The notes under the pieces were generated by a model. That model ran no database searches, was not told where the DNA came from, and worked only from the letters and a program-made list of their open reading frames with translations. From Thermococcus piezophilus (GTDB taxonomy: Archaea; Methanobacteriota_B; Thermococci; Thermococcales; Thermococcaceae), in assembly GCF_001647085.1 (NCBI RefSeq), contig NZ_CP015520.1, positions 1,228,219 through 1,260,218 of the forward strand: DNA of 32,000 nt, written 5' to 3'. Numbering within the stretch: the stretch's first letter is position 1; each line of letters begins with the position of its first letter. Of this stretch, positions 1 to 8,436 are shown piece after piece. The position numbers and the translations under genes were made by a program.

Positions 1-1216
1 GCAGCACGAGGAAGTAGGAACCAACCCACATGTCGAGCTCGCTGAGGTACGCTAGGGTGCTGTCAAGGGCAACCGGCAGTCCAAGCAGGGACAGGAATAT
101 GAACACTAGCCAGGTGCCGACCTTCCTCTCGATGTGAATGTCCTCCTCGAGCATGGCGACGAGGTAGTTGTAGGTGGCTATAGCTGAAGTGAATCCTGCG
201 AACCAGAGCAGGAGGAACCACATTGCACCGAATATTTGACCTGCTGGCATGTTAGCGAAGACGTTCGGAAGAGCCTTGTATGCGAGACCGACACCGCTCT
301 TGACTGCCTTCTCCGGACCGAGATAGGCGAAGGCTATCGGTATGGCAAGCGAACCACCGAGGATGACCTCTGCGAACTCGTTGAGCGAAACCGTGGCTAG
401 ACCTGAGAGGGCAACGTCGTCCTCAGGGCCGAGGTAGGAAGCGTAGTTGTGGATGATACCCATACCGAGGGATAGGGTGAAAAATATCTGTCCCGCCGCT
501 GCTAGGCTTATCTTGAAGAAGTTCTCCCTGAGTACTGTGAAGTCTGGCTTCCAGATGTACTCAAGACCTGCTATGGCGCTCCACTCTGGCTTAACCGGTG
601 AACCGAGAGTAAGGGCTCTGATAACCAGGAGTATAGCGAATACATATAGAACGGGCATCATAACCTTGACCCAGCGTTCGATACCTTTACTGACGCCCTG
701 TCCAACGGCTATTCCAAGGAAGAGCATCGTCAGTCCCCAGAAGAACAGCACTGCCTTGGTATTTGCTACATAGCTGTGGAAGAACTGAACTGTGTCCTTT
801 CCGAAGTAAGCACCAGTGAGGCTGTAGTAGGTATAAGCTGCTGACCATCCTATGATCTGGTAGTAGTATGAGCTAAGCAGGGAAGCGACAGAGAAGGCCA
901 GCATTCCACCGATTATACCGAAGACTAAAGCCGTTCTTGGCTTGAGGCTCTCCCTGGCCATGAGGTAGAACATTGGCCCGATTGTACCGTGTCCGTACTT
1001 ACCACCGTAGCGACCAGTGGTCCATTCAATCCACATTACCGGAATTCCAAGGAACACCAGCGCTATGAAGTAAGGTATCATGAAAGCGCCGCCACCGTTG
1101 CTAGCTAGCTGGTATGGAAACCTCCAGAAGTTTCCGAGACCGATGGCATTTCCAGCCATGGCTAAAATCAAACCAATCTTTGTTGCCCATTGATCCCTCT
1201 TCTCCAAGCCTTTCAC
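1..1216 (-). CDS. Sodium-dependent transporter of the neurotransmitter:sodium symporter (NSS/SNF) family. The C-terminal part lies outside the window.
   Basis: Absent from the supplied ORF track because it runs off the window edge. My translation of the minus strand from GTG 1216 (alternative TTG 1207) gives VKGLEKRDQWATKIGLILAMAGNAIGLGNFWRFPYQLASNGGGAFMIPYFIALVFLGIPVMWIEWTTGRYGG..., with the same frame also stop-free over positions 1-58 and the middle of the gene not checked codon by codon. GLGNFWRFPY is the NSS TM1 signature. A GGGGGTGA run lies just upstream. Confidence 0.85.
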   Translation of the reverse strand, partial: MKGLEKRDQWATKIGLILAMAGNAIGLGNFWRFPYQLASNGGGAFMIPYFIALVFLGIPVMWIEWTTGRYGGKYGHGTIGPMFYLMARESLKPRTALVFGIIGGMLAFSVASLLSSYYYQIIGWSAAYTYYSLTGAYFGKDTVQFFHSYVANTKAVLFFWGLTMLFLGIAVGQGVSKGIERWVKVMMPVLYVFAILLVIRALTLGSPVKPEWSAIAGLEYIWKPDFTVLRENFFKISLAAAGQIFFTLSLGMGIIHNYASYLGPEDDVALSGLATVSLNEFAEVILGGSLAIPIAFAYLGPEKAVKSGVGLAYKALPNVFANMPAGQIFGAMWFLLLWFAGFTSAIATYNYLVAMLEEDIHIERKVGTWLVFIFLSLLGLPVALDSTLAYLSELDMWVGSYFLVL

Positions 1217-1491
1217 CCCCGTTCTTAAATGGACTGATAACAAACCTCCATGCACTGTTATGGGGTATTATGTATAGCATATAACATTTAACATTCTATA
1301 AAAAGCTTTCTGCTGCCTTTTTCGACAAAAGACGATGTGCTTAACCATGAAATGGTTGAAATTCAATTCTTATATATCTTTCAGTACGTTAGTGTCTCGT
1401 AATTAGAAAATGGTCATTGTGACAATGTTCCACCGGATAGTTAAAAAGGGCGACAACATCAGGCTGACCTCCCAATGGGCATTTGCGAAGG

Positions 1492-1500
1492 GTTAATATA
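1492..1500 (+). promoter_or_regulatory. TATA-like box (ttaatatat) placed to drive the C/D-box sRNA
   Basis: An A/T-rich octamer-like element lies about 25 nt upstream of the predicted sRNA 5' end at about 1521. This is the typical archaeal TATA-to-TSS distance. Confidence 0.4.
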
Positions 1501-1520
1501 TGTTAGGAATACGACAACGA

Positions 1521-1584
1521 ATGCCCGATGATTGGAACAGAGAGTGAGCTGACGGGATGATGACCGACTTCTCGCTGAGGGCAT
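1521..1584 (+). ncRNA. C/D-box sRNA (2'-O-methylation guide)
   Basis: The layout is a 5' arm ATGCCC (1521-1526), then a C-like box ccGATGA (1525-1531). D' is either GTGA (1544-1547, 12-nt spacer) or CTGA (1549-1552). C' is ATGATGA (1557-1563), followed by an 11-nt guide CCGACTTCTCG and the D box CTGA (1575-1578). The 3' arm GGGCAT (1579-1584) is perfectly complementary to the 5' arm. The element is intergenic, has its own TATA upstream and a T-rich tract (ttttgttt) downstream. The C box deviates from RUGAUGA in its first two positions. Confidence 0.65.
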
Positions 1585-1775
1585 CCCGTTTCAATTTTGT
1601 TTCATTCGTTCTTATTCAACCGTGTCTCTTAATGTTCGTTAATGTATAAAAAATCTTGGATGTACAGCCTTGTTTTTGTCCCAAAATTTCGGCAGGTTTT
1701 TTCTTTTGGCCGAAAATTTCCATATATAACTTTTTGTTTGAAATTGGCCGTTCTCCTGCCTCCTTTAGCGAAAGA

Positions 1776-1784
1776 TTTATATAT
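1776..1784 (+). promoter_or_regulatory. Putative gdhA TATA box (tttatatat)
   Basis: The A/T-rich element lies about 50 nt upstream of the gdhA ATG at 1834. GAGGTGAT (1822-1829) is a Shine-Dalgarno-like site about 5 nt before that ATG. Confidence 0.45.
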
Positions 1785-1833
1785 GTAACCCTCGTAACCT
1801 GTATCGCAGATTACTGAAACTGAGGTGATGGAA

Positions 1834-3096
1834 ATGGTCGAAGTCGACCCGTTTGAGATTGCCGTTAGGCAGCTCGAGAGGGCTGCCCAGTACATGGACA
1901 TAAGCGAAGAGGCTCTCGAGTTCCTTAAGAGGCCTCAGAGGGTCCTTGAGGTTAGCATCCCTGTTGAGATGGATGACGGTTCTGTTAAGGTCTTCACCGG
2001 TTTTAGGGTTCAGTACAACTGGGCTCGTGGTCCAACTAAGGGTGGTATCAGGTGGCACCCTGAGGAGACCCTTGGCACCGTTAAGGCCCTCGCTGCCTGG
2101 ATGACCTGGAAGACCGCCGTTATGGACCTCCCCTACGGTGGAGGTAAGGGTGGTATCATCTGCAACCCGAAGGAGCTCTCCGACAGGGAGAAGGAGAGGC
2201 TTGCTCGTGGTTACATAAGGGCTATCTACGACATCATCAGCCCGTACACTGATGTTCCCGCTCCCGACGTTTACACCAACCCGCAGATCATGGCCTGGAT
2301 GATGGACGAGTACGAGGCCATCAGCAGGAGGAAGGTTCCGAGCTTCGGAATCATCACCGGCAAGCCGCCCGGAGTTGGAGGTATTGTCGCCAGGATGGAC
2401 GCCACCGCCAGGGGCGCTGCCTTCACCGTCCGCGAGGCTGCGAAGGCCCTCGGATGGGACACCCTCAAGGGCAAGACCATAGCCATCCAGGGCTACGGTA
2501 ACGCCGGCTACTACATGGCCAAGATAATGAGCGAGGAGTACGGTATGAAGGTCGTTGCAGTCAGCGATAGCAAGGGTGGCATTTACAATCCGGACGGCCT
2601 CAACGCCGATGAGGTCCTCAAGTGGAAGAGGGAGCACGGCTCAGTTAAGGACTTCCCAGGCACGACCAACATCACCAACGAGGAGCTCCTCGAGCTCGAG
2701 GTCGACGTCCTCGCCCCGAGCGCCATTGAGGAGGTCATCACCAAGAAGAACGCCGACAACATCAAAGCTAAGATTATCGCCGAGCTCGCCAACGGTCCGA
2801 CCACCCCTGAGGCCGACGAGATCCTCTACGAGAAGGGCATCCTCATCATACCAGACTTCCTCTGTAACGCTGGTGGTGTTACCGTCAGCTACTTTGAGTG
2901 GATTCAGAACATAACCGGCGACTACTGGACCGTCGAGGAGACCAGGGCCAAGCTCGACAAGAAGATGACCAAGGCCTTCTGGGACGTCTACAACACCCAC
3001 AAGGAGAAGAATATCAACATGCGTGACGCTGCCTACGTCGTCGCTGTCCAGAGGGTCTACGACGCCATGAAGTGGCGCGGATGGGTTAAGAAGTGA
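1834..3096 (+). CDS. gdhA: Glutamate dehydrogenase (hexameric NAD(P)-GDH)
   Basis: This is ORF 1825..3096. The product from ATG 1834 ([36 protein letters not shown]...) is near-identical in layout to Pyrococcus/Thermococcus GDH as I recall it (420 aa). It has the catalytic region KGGIRWHP...PYGGGKGG and the dinucleotide fold GYGNAGYY. The two upstream in-frame starts (GTG 1825, ATG 1828) overlap the RBS. Confidence 0.97.
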   Translation: MVEVDPFEIAVRQLERAAQYMDISEEALEFLKRPQRVLEVSIPVEMDDGSVKVFTGFRVQYNWARGPTKGGIRWHPEETLGTVKALAAWMTWKTAVMDLPYGGGKGGIICNPKELSDREKERLARGYIRAIYDIISPYTDVPAPDVYTNPQIMAWMMDEYEAISRRKVPSFGIITGKPPGVGGIVARMDATARGAAFTVREAAKALGWDTLKGKTIAIQGYGNAGYYMAKIMSEEYGMKVVAVSDSKGGIYNPDGLNADEVLKWKREHGSVKDFPGTTNITNEELLELEVDVLAPSAIEEVITKKNADNIKAKIIAELANGPTTPEADEILYEKGILIIPDFLCNAGGVTVSYFEWIQNITGDYWTVEETRAKLDKKMTKAFWDVYNTHKEKNINMRDAAYVVAVQRVYDAMKWRGWVKK

Positions 3097-3212
3097 TTTC
3101 TTGCTCCTTTCTTCTTAATTCTTTTCTTGCCGTTTGGTTATCCTCTGTTTTGAGGTCCTGATGTAGCCTTTAGGGACAATTCTTTGGCGGAAAATTAGGA
3201 TAGAAGAGGGAT

Positions 3213-4376
3213 CTAAGCTTTCGCCCAGTAGTCCTTTTCCTCCACCATCGCCCTTATCATCTCGTCTTTGTCCTTGAACATGGTTCTACGCGACGGGTTC
3301 TGCATGCCGTAAAACTCCATAAACGGACTCGGACGCCTCTCGAAGGGATAGTAGAGGTATATGGCAGCGAGCGTTCTGTAAGCTTCGGCCATTTCGCTGA
3401 TAACCCCTGCAGAGACTTCCTCCGCATAGTGATACACCGCTATCGCTTTGCTGACATCTACCAAGTTGAAGTCCCTCTCCACGAGCTGTCTTCTTAGAAT
3501 GTCGGTAGCCTGCTCTATGTCCTCCCTGTCGAGTTCCTCAACTTCCTCGCCGTCGAGCAGGTGCTTAATTTTAATCCTCCTTATGGATGGATCTTTAGCT
3601 ACTTGGTTGTCGTACTCGGCGACCACCCACCAGTCGTCGAGGGCGCCAGGGTCGAGAACCGTGAAGTGCTCGTTCAGCTTGTCGTAGAAGTCCCTGACGC
3701 GATGGTAGTACTCCTCCTCATGACCCGTCATCGGGTAGCTGAGATAAATGAGGGGCTTCTCATTCTCCCTAAAAATCAGGTTAAGGAAGACCTCGTGTGG
3801 GTGCCTTATGCCGAACTGGAGGACGTAGCGGACTTCAAGGCCTTCCTTCTTAAGCTCGTGGACGAGGGTCTTCACGTGGTTTATGGCGTCCTCACGCCAC
3901 ATGACGAGGGTTGTTAGCTTTATGTTCTCGGGGTCTTTGCCGAAGCGCTCGAACCACTCGGGGTCGTTTATTATCCTCCGCCTGACGGAGAGCACGTCGT
4001 CCAGGACAACTACCACCCGGTTTGGTCTGAGGAGCTTAAGATTGCTCGTGGTGAACCCTAGAACGCTCCCACTTCCCCAGCGGAAGAGACTGGGAGTTGA
4101 GACAAGGTGGTACTTCTTGTCGCTTTCATCTATTTCATTTCTTATTCTATTGAATGCTTCGTCCCTTATCTCGTTCATCAAATCCTGATGGCTTATTGCG
4201 AAATCTAGAACGTTCTTGCGCGTGATTTTAACGCCGAGCTCCTTGCCGACTTCCCTTATGTAGTCAAAAACGTGATAGTATACGTGGCTCCCTCCTTCGG
4301 CGAGCTTGAGGGCCTCGGTTATATATTCGTCCCTGCCGTTGAGCGGCGGGCCAGTTAAGAGTATAACTTCCTTCAT
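3213..4376 (-). CDS. Conserved hypothetical two-domain protein: an N-terminal archaeal adenylate-kinase-like fold with a degenerate P-loop, plus a C-terminal nucleoside 2-deoxyribosyltransferase-like (NDT/Rossmann-like) domain
   Basis: 387-aa ORF with a GGGGTGGT RBS before ATG 4376. The N-terminus VILLTGPPLNGRDEY parallels AdkA VVVVTGVPGVGGTT, but the Walker-A position reads GRD rather than GK[ST]. HLVSTPSLFRWGSGSVLGF...RPNRVVVVLDDVLSVRRR parallels the AdkA core. The C-terminal half has IYLSYPMTG ... AIAVYHYAEEVSAGVISEMAEAY, which resembles the NDT-like pattern (YlaGP ... D.Gt..E.G.A). Domain calls come from motif memory only. Confidence 0.8.
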   Translation of the reverse strand: MKEVILLTGPPLNGRDEYITEALKLAEGGSHVYYHVFDYIREVGKELGVKITRKNVLDFAISHQDLMNEIRDEAFNRIRNEIDESDKKYHLVSTPSLFRWGSGSVLGFTTSNLKLLRPNRVVVVLDDVLSVRRRIINDPEWFERFGKDPENIKLTTLVMWREDAINHVKTLVHELKKEGLEVRYVLQFGIRHPHEVFLNLIFRENEKPLIYLSYPMTGHEEEYYHRVRDFYDKLNEHFTVLDPGALDDWWVVAEYDNQVAKDPSIRRIKIKHLLDGEEVEELDREDIEQATDILRRQLVERDFNLVDVSKAIAVYHYAEEVSAGVISEMAEAYRTLAAIYLYYPFERRPSPFMEFYGMQNPSRRTMFKDKDEMIRAMVEEKDYWAKA

Positions 4377-4488
4377 TCTACCACCCCACTTTTCCCTCTT
4401 TTGGGACGAAACCTTTAAATATCATTCCCCTAAACCGCACTTGTAGAGGTTCTTCTATTCTAAAAGCAGACCAACAGGGGTGTTGTAA

Positions 4489-5100
4489 TTGGATGAAAAG
4501 CTAAAAGGAACGACTACAGTCGGCATTGTATGTAAGGACGGCGTGGTGCTGGCAGCGGACAAGAGAGCGTCCCTCGGCAACATGATACTGTCCAAGGACG
4601 TCACCAAGGTATTCCAGATAGACGATCATCTTGCCCTAGCGGGTGCAGGGAACGTTGGGGATATTCTGGCTCTGGTTAGGCTTCTCCAAGCTGAGACCAG
4701 GCTTTACATGGCCAAGGTTGGAAGGGAGATGAGCGTTAAGGCACTCGCTACCCTCACTGCGAACATCCTCCACGGGAACAGATTCATGCCGTACTTTGGA
4801 TGGTTCTTAATAGCCGGCTACAATGAGGAGCCCGCGCTGTATTCTGTAGATATGGCGGGTGGTGTTACCGGGGACAAGTTCACCGCGGCTGGCTCCGGAA
4901 TGGAGCTCGCCTTTGCAGTTCTCGAGAACGAGTACAAGGATGATATGACTGTTAAAGAGGGCGTTAAGCTCGCCCTCAAGGCGATAAATATCGCCACCAG
5001 GCGCGACGTTTTCACGGGTGATGGGATAACCCTCATAACCCTAACAAAGGAGGGCTACAGAGAGCTGAGCAAAGAGGAAATAAAGACTCTTCTGAAGTGA
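4489..5100 (+). CDS. psmB: Proteasome subunit beta (20S core, Ntn-hydrolase)
   Basis: 203-aa ORF starting at TTG 4489, with an in-frame TAA immediately upstream. A short propeptide precedes the catalytic Thr run in [28 protein letters not shown]. It sits directly upstream of aCPSF1, as in other Thermococcales. Confidence 0.93.
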   Translation: MDEKLKGTTTVGIVCKDGVVLAADKRASLGNMILSKDVTKVFQIDDHLALAGAGNVGDILALVRLLQAETRLYMAKVGREMSVKALATLTANILHGNRFMPYFGWFLIAGYNEEPALYSVDMAGGVTGDKFTAAGSGMELAFAVLENEYKDDMTVKEGVKLALKAINIATRRDVFTGDGITLITLTKEGYRELSKEEIKTLLK

Positions 5101-5101
5101 G

Positions 5102-7057
5102 GTGGTGGCTTTGATAAGGAGAGAGACCTTCGTTGATGACATTCTACGCGATATAAAAGCAGTAATTTCCCAGATGGTTCCTAAGGAGGCAAGGATTACG
5201 GACGTTGAGTTCGAGGGACCGGAGTTGGTTATTTACGTCAAGAATCCCGAGGCCATAATGCAGGACGGTGAGCTGATAAAGAACCTCGCCAAGGTGCTCA
5301 AGAAGAGGATAAGTGTGAGGCCTGATCCAGACGTTCTCCTCCCACCTGAGCGCGCGGAGGAGATGATAAAAGCTCTCGTCCTGCCTGAGGCCGAGATAAC
5401 CAACATAAGCTTTGATCCATCCGTCGGTGAGGTTCTAATAGAGGCCAAAAAGCCGGGTCTCGTCATTGGAAAGAACGGCGAGACGCTTCGTTTAATCACT
5501 CAGAAGGTTCACTGGGCGCCGCGCGTTATACGGACACCGCCCATACAGTCCCAGACGATTTACTCAATCCGGCAGATCCTTCAGACTGAGAGCAAGGACA
5601 GGAGGAAGTTCCTCAGGCAGGTGGGCAGGAACATCTACCGCAAGCCCGAGCTCAAGAGTGAGTGGATTAGAATCACGGGCCTTGGAGGCTTTCGTGAGGT
5701 TGGCAGGAGTGCGCTGCTCGTTCAGACCAACGAGAGCTACGTGCTGGTCGATTTTGGTATCAATATAGCCGCCCTCCGTGACCCAAAGAAGGCCTTCCCA
5801 CACTTCGACGCGCCCGAGTTCCGCTACGTCCTGGATGCGGGCCTTCTTGATGCCATAATCATAACCCACGCCCATCTCGACCACAGCGGTTTGCTGCCCT
5901 ACCTCTTCAGGTTCAACCTTTTCGACGGGCCGATATACACGACCCCGCCGACGAGGGACCTGATGGTGCTCCTCCAGAAGGACTTCATCGAAATCCAGCA
6001 GATGAGCGGTATGGAGCCTCTCTACAGGCCGAAGGATATCAAAGAGGTCATCAAGCACACCATAACCCTTGACTACGGTGAGGTCCGTGACATTGCCCCG
6101 GACATGAGGCTTACGCTCCACAACGCCGGCCACATTCTTGGTTCGTCCATAGTTCACCTCCACATAGGCAACGGACTGCACAACATAGCCATAACAGGCG
6201 ACTTCAAGTTCATCCCCACGAGGCTCTTCGAGCCAGCCGTGAGCAGGTTCCCCCGCCTGGAGACCCTAGTGATGGAATCGACTTACGGTGGAAGCAACGA
6301 CTACCAGATGCCGCGTGAGGAAGCCGAGAAGCGCTTGATAGAAATCATACACCAGACCATCGGGAGGAAAGGCAAGGTCTTGATTCCGTCGATGGCCGTC
6401 GGTAGAGCCCAGGAGATAATGATGGTGCTCGAGGAGTATGCGCGCGTCGGCGGCATAGACGTGCCCATTTACCTCGATGGGATGATATGGGAGGCAACCG
6501 CAATACACACGGCCTATCCGGAGTACCTCAGCAAGCACCTCCGCGAGCAGATATTCCACGAGGGCTACAACCCGTTCCTCAACCCGATATTCAAGAGCGT
6601 CGCCAACACCAGGGAGAGGCAGGACATCATAGACAGCGACGAGCCGGCGATAATTATAGCGACATCGGGCATGCTCGTTGGTGGGCCGAGCGTTGAGTAC
6701 TTCAAGCAGCTCGCTCCCGATCCGAGGAACAGCATGATATTCGTCAGCTACCAGGCAGATGGAACGCTCGGAAGGCAGGTGCAGCGCGGCCTGCGTGAGA
6801 TCCCACTGGTCGGTGAGGATGGCAGGACAGAGGTCGTTCAGGTCAACATGGAGGTTTACACCATCGATGGCTTCTCCGGTCATGCAGACAGAAGGGAGCT
6901 CATGAGCTACATTGCCCGCCTCAGGCCAAGGCCAGAGAGGGTCATCACCGTCCACGGAGAGGCACACAAGTGTCTCGACCTTTCAACGAGCATCCACAAG
7001 AAGTTCGGTCTCAGCACAAGGGCTCCGAACAACCTCGACGCGATCAGGTTGAAGTGA
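5102..7057 (+). CDS. fttA: aCPSF1/FttA: KH-domain beta-CASP metallo-beta-lactamase ribonuclease (transcription termination factor)
   Basis: 651-aa ORF. It has N-terminal KH domains (VIGKNGETLRLI), the MBL motif IITHAHLDHSG and the beta-CASP/C-terminal motifs (GFSGHADRREL, VHGE). It is near-colinear with Pyrococcus aCPSF1 as I recall it. The start lies 1 nt after the psmB stop; GTG 5102, GTG 5105 and TTG 5111 are all possible. Confidence 0.95.
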   Translation: MVALIRRETFVDDILRDIKAVISQMVPKEARITDVEFEGPELVIYVKNPEAIMQDGELIKNLAKVLKKRISVRPDPDVLLPPERAEEMIKALVLPEAEITNISFDPSVGEVLIEAKKPGLVIGKNGETLRLITQKVHWAPRVIRTPPIQSQTIYSIRQILQTESKDRRKFLRQVGRNIYRKPELKSEWIRITGLGGFREVGRSALLVQTNESYVLVDFGINIAALRDPKKAFPHFDAPEFRYVLDAGLLDAIIITHAHLDHSGLLPYLFRFNLFDGPIYTTPPTRDLMVLLQKDFIEIQQMSGMEPLYRPKDIKEVIKHTITLDYGEVRDIAPDMRLTLHNAGHILGSSIVHLHIGNGLHNIAITGDFKFIPTRLFEPAVSRFPRLETLVMESTYGGSNDYQMPREEAEKRLIEIIHQTIGRKGKVLIPSMAVGRAQEIMMVLEEYARVGGIDVPIYLDGMIWEATAIHTAYPEYLSKHLREQIFHEGYNPFLNPIFKSVANTRERQDIIDSDEPAIIIATSGMLVGGPSVEYFKQLAPDPRNSMIFVSYQADGTLGRQVQRGLREIPLVGEDGRTEVVQVNMEVYTIDGFSGHADRRELMSYIARLRPRPERVITVHGEAHKCLDLSTSIHKKFGLSTRAPNNLDAIRLK

Positions 7058-8397
7058 TGGAAATGCGGGTGAAGTGTCCCTCCTGTAGGAGGGTCTATTC
7101 CTCCCTTATTCCCCCTAAGTGCTCCTGTGGGGCGCCCTTGACCATAACCTACGACTACGAGTCCATAGACGTTTCCAAGTGGAGGAACCGTGTTAAGGGT
7201 GTCTGGCGCTATAGGGAGCTTCTTCCGGACGTCAAGGAAGTTGTGAGCCTGAGTGAAGGTGGGACTCCCCTTTTGAAGGCTAAATTGGGGGAGGAAATGG
7301 GCCTAAACGTCTTCATCAAGGACGAGACGAGGAACCCTACCGGTTCCTTTAGGGACAGGCTCGTTAGTGTGGCTGTTTCATACGGTCTGTCCTACGCTGA
7401 GAACGGTTTTGTCGTTGCCAGCAACGGAAATGCTGCAGCATCGCTTGCCGCATACGCCGCACGTGCCGGCAAGGAGGCCTATACAGTTGTCCCAAATCTT
7501 ATAGAGAAGTGCAAGCTCACTCAGATAGCGGCCTTCGGGGCAAGGATAATACGATACGGCGAGAGCGTTGACGAGGGCATAAGTTACGCCGATGGACTGG
7601 CCGAGGGCAAGGGGCTCTACAACGTCACGCCCGAGAGGAATGTAGTGGGCCTTGAGGGGCAGAAGACAATAGCCTTTGAGCTGTGGGAGGAGCTTAGCCC
7701 TACGCATGTGATAGTTCCTACGGGGAGCGGCAGCAACCTCTACAGCATCTACAAGGGCTTTAAAGAGCTCCTCACCATCAGGGCCATCGATGAAATGCCC
7801 AGGATGATAGTGGTTCAGGCTGAAAGGTGCTCGCCCATAGCGAGTGAGGTGCTTGGCATCGAGCCGAAAGCAGAGCCGACCAAAGCACTTGGGCTGTACG
7901 TAAAGAACCCGCTCACGAAGGGGCTGGCGTTGGAGGCTATACGTGAGAGCGATGGGACAGCCGTTCTCGTGGGAGATGATGAGCTCGATCTCGGTGAGAG
8001 GTTGCTCGCGAAGGAGGGCATCTTTGCGGAGTATGCATCCGCTGTTATAGTCCCAGCTCTTCTCAAGCTTGCCGAGGAGGGCTACTTTAATAGAGACGAT
8101 AGGATAGCCCTCATAGTGACGAGTTCTGGCCTTAAGGGCCATTACTCCGAGAGCAGGGAGAAATTCGCGATTGGTGGCACAAAACTGGAAATCCTTAAGC
8201 TCCTTAGCGAAAGGAGTATGTACGGCTATGAGATTTGGGAGGCCTTGGAGAAGCCCCTTAAGTATCAAGCGGTCTATCAGCATCTCAGCGAGCTGGAAAG
8301 CCTCGGTCTGATAGAGGAATCCTATCGGAAGGGGAGGCGGGTCTACTACGGCATAACCGAGAAGGGCAGGAAGTTCCTCGAGACACTCTCCGCTTAA
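7057..8397 (+). CDS. Threonine-synthase-like fold-type-II PLP-domain protein with an N-terminal zinc ribbon and a C-terminal PadR-like winged helix. Arg replaces the PLP-binding Lys.
   Basis: ATG 7057 overlaps the fttA TGA (gTGATGg). The 6970 start in the ORF track is an extension inside fttA. It has a zinc ribbon (CPSCRR...CSCG) and TS-like motifs: NPTGSFRDR (canonical NPTGSFKDR), ASNGNAAASLAAYAARAG, EGQKTIAFE and PTGSGSN. The last ~70 aa, LEILKLLSERSMYGYEIWEALEK...YQHLSELESLGLIEESYRKGRRVYYGITEKGRKFLETL, match the PadR/wHTH pattern. Confidence 0.85.
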   Translation: MEMRVKCPSCRRVYSSLIPPKCSCGAPLTITYDYESIDVSKWRNRVKGVWRYRELLPDVKEVVSLSEGGTPLLKAKLGEEMGLNVFIKDETRNPTGSFRDRLVSVAVSYGLSYAENGFVVASNGNAAASLAAYAARAGKEAYTVVPNLIEKCKLTQIAAFGARIIRYGESVDEGISYADGLAEGKGLYNVTPERNVVGLEGQKTIAFELWEELSPTHVIVPTGSGSNLYSIYKGFKELLTIRAIDEMPRMIVVQAERCSPIASEVLGIEPKAEPTKALGLYVKNPLTKGLALEAIRESDGTAVLVGDDELDLGERLLAKEGIFAEYASAVIVPALLKLAEEGYFNRDDRIALIVTSSGLKGHYSESREKFAIGGTKLEILKLLSERSMYGYEIWEALEKPLKYQAVYQHLSELESLGLIEESYRKGRRVYYGITEKGRKFLETLSA

Positions 8398-8436
8398 CGG
8401 AAAGGTTTTAAACCATCTTTTAAAAGCTAACCGTAG

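Noticed and set aside
447-773. 108-aa plus-strand ORF
   Set aside because: It lies entirely antisense to the NSS transporter, whose GLGNFWRFPY motif and an open frame at both checked ends identify the real gene.
1415-1427. Palindrome CATTGT-g-ACAATG and the small hairpin AACCAT-gaa-ATGGTT (1343-1357) in the NSS upstream region
   Set aside because: These are short symmetric elements in AT-rich intergenic DNA and are expected by chance. There is no repetition elsewhere in the window and no positional logic relative to a TATA box.
6970-7056. N-terminal extension of the TS-like ORF
   Set aside because: It overlaps the 3' end of fttA in another frame. The ATG at 7057, overlapping the fttA stop and followed directly by the zinc-ribbon motif, is the sensible start. 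Similar track extensions were trimmed for the same reason at 27416..27478, 25906..25947, 30166..30519, 12912..13019 and 17029..17043.
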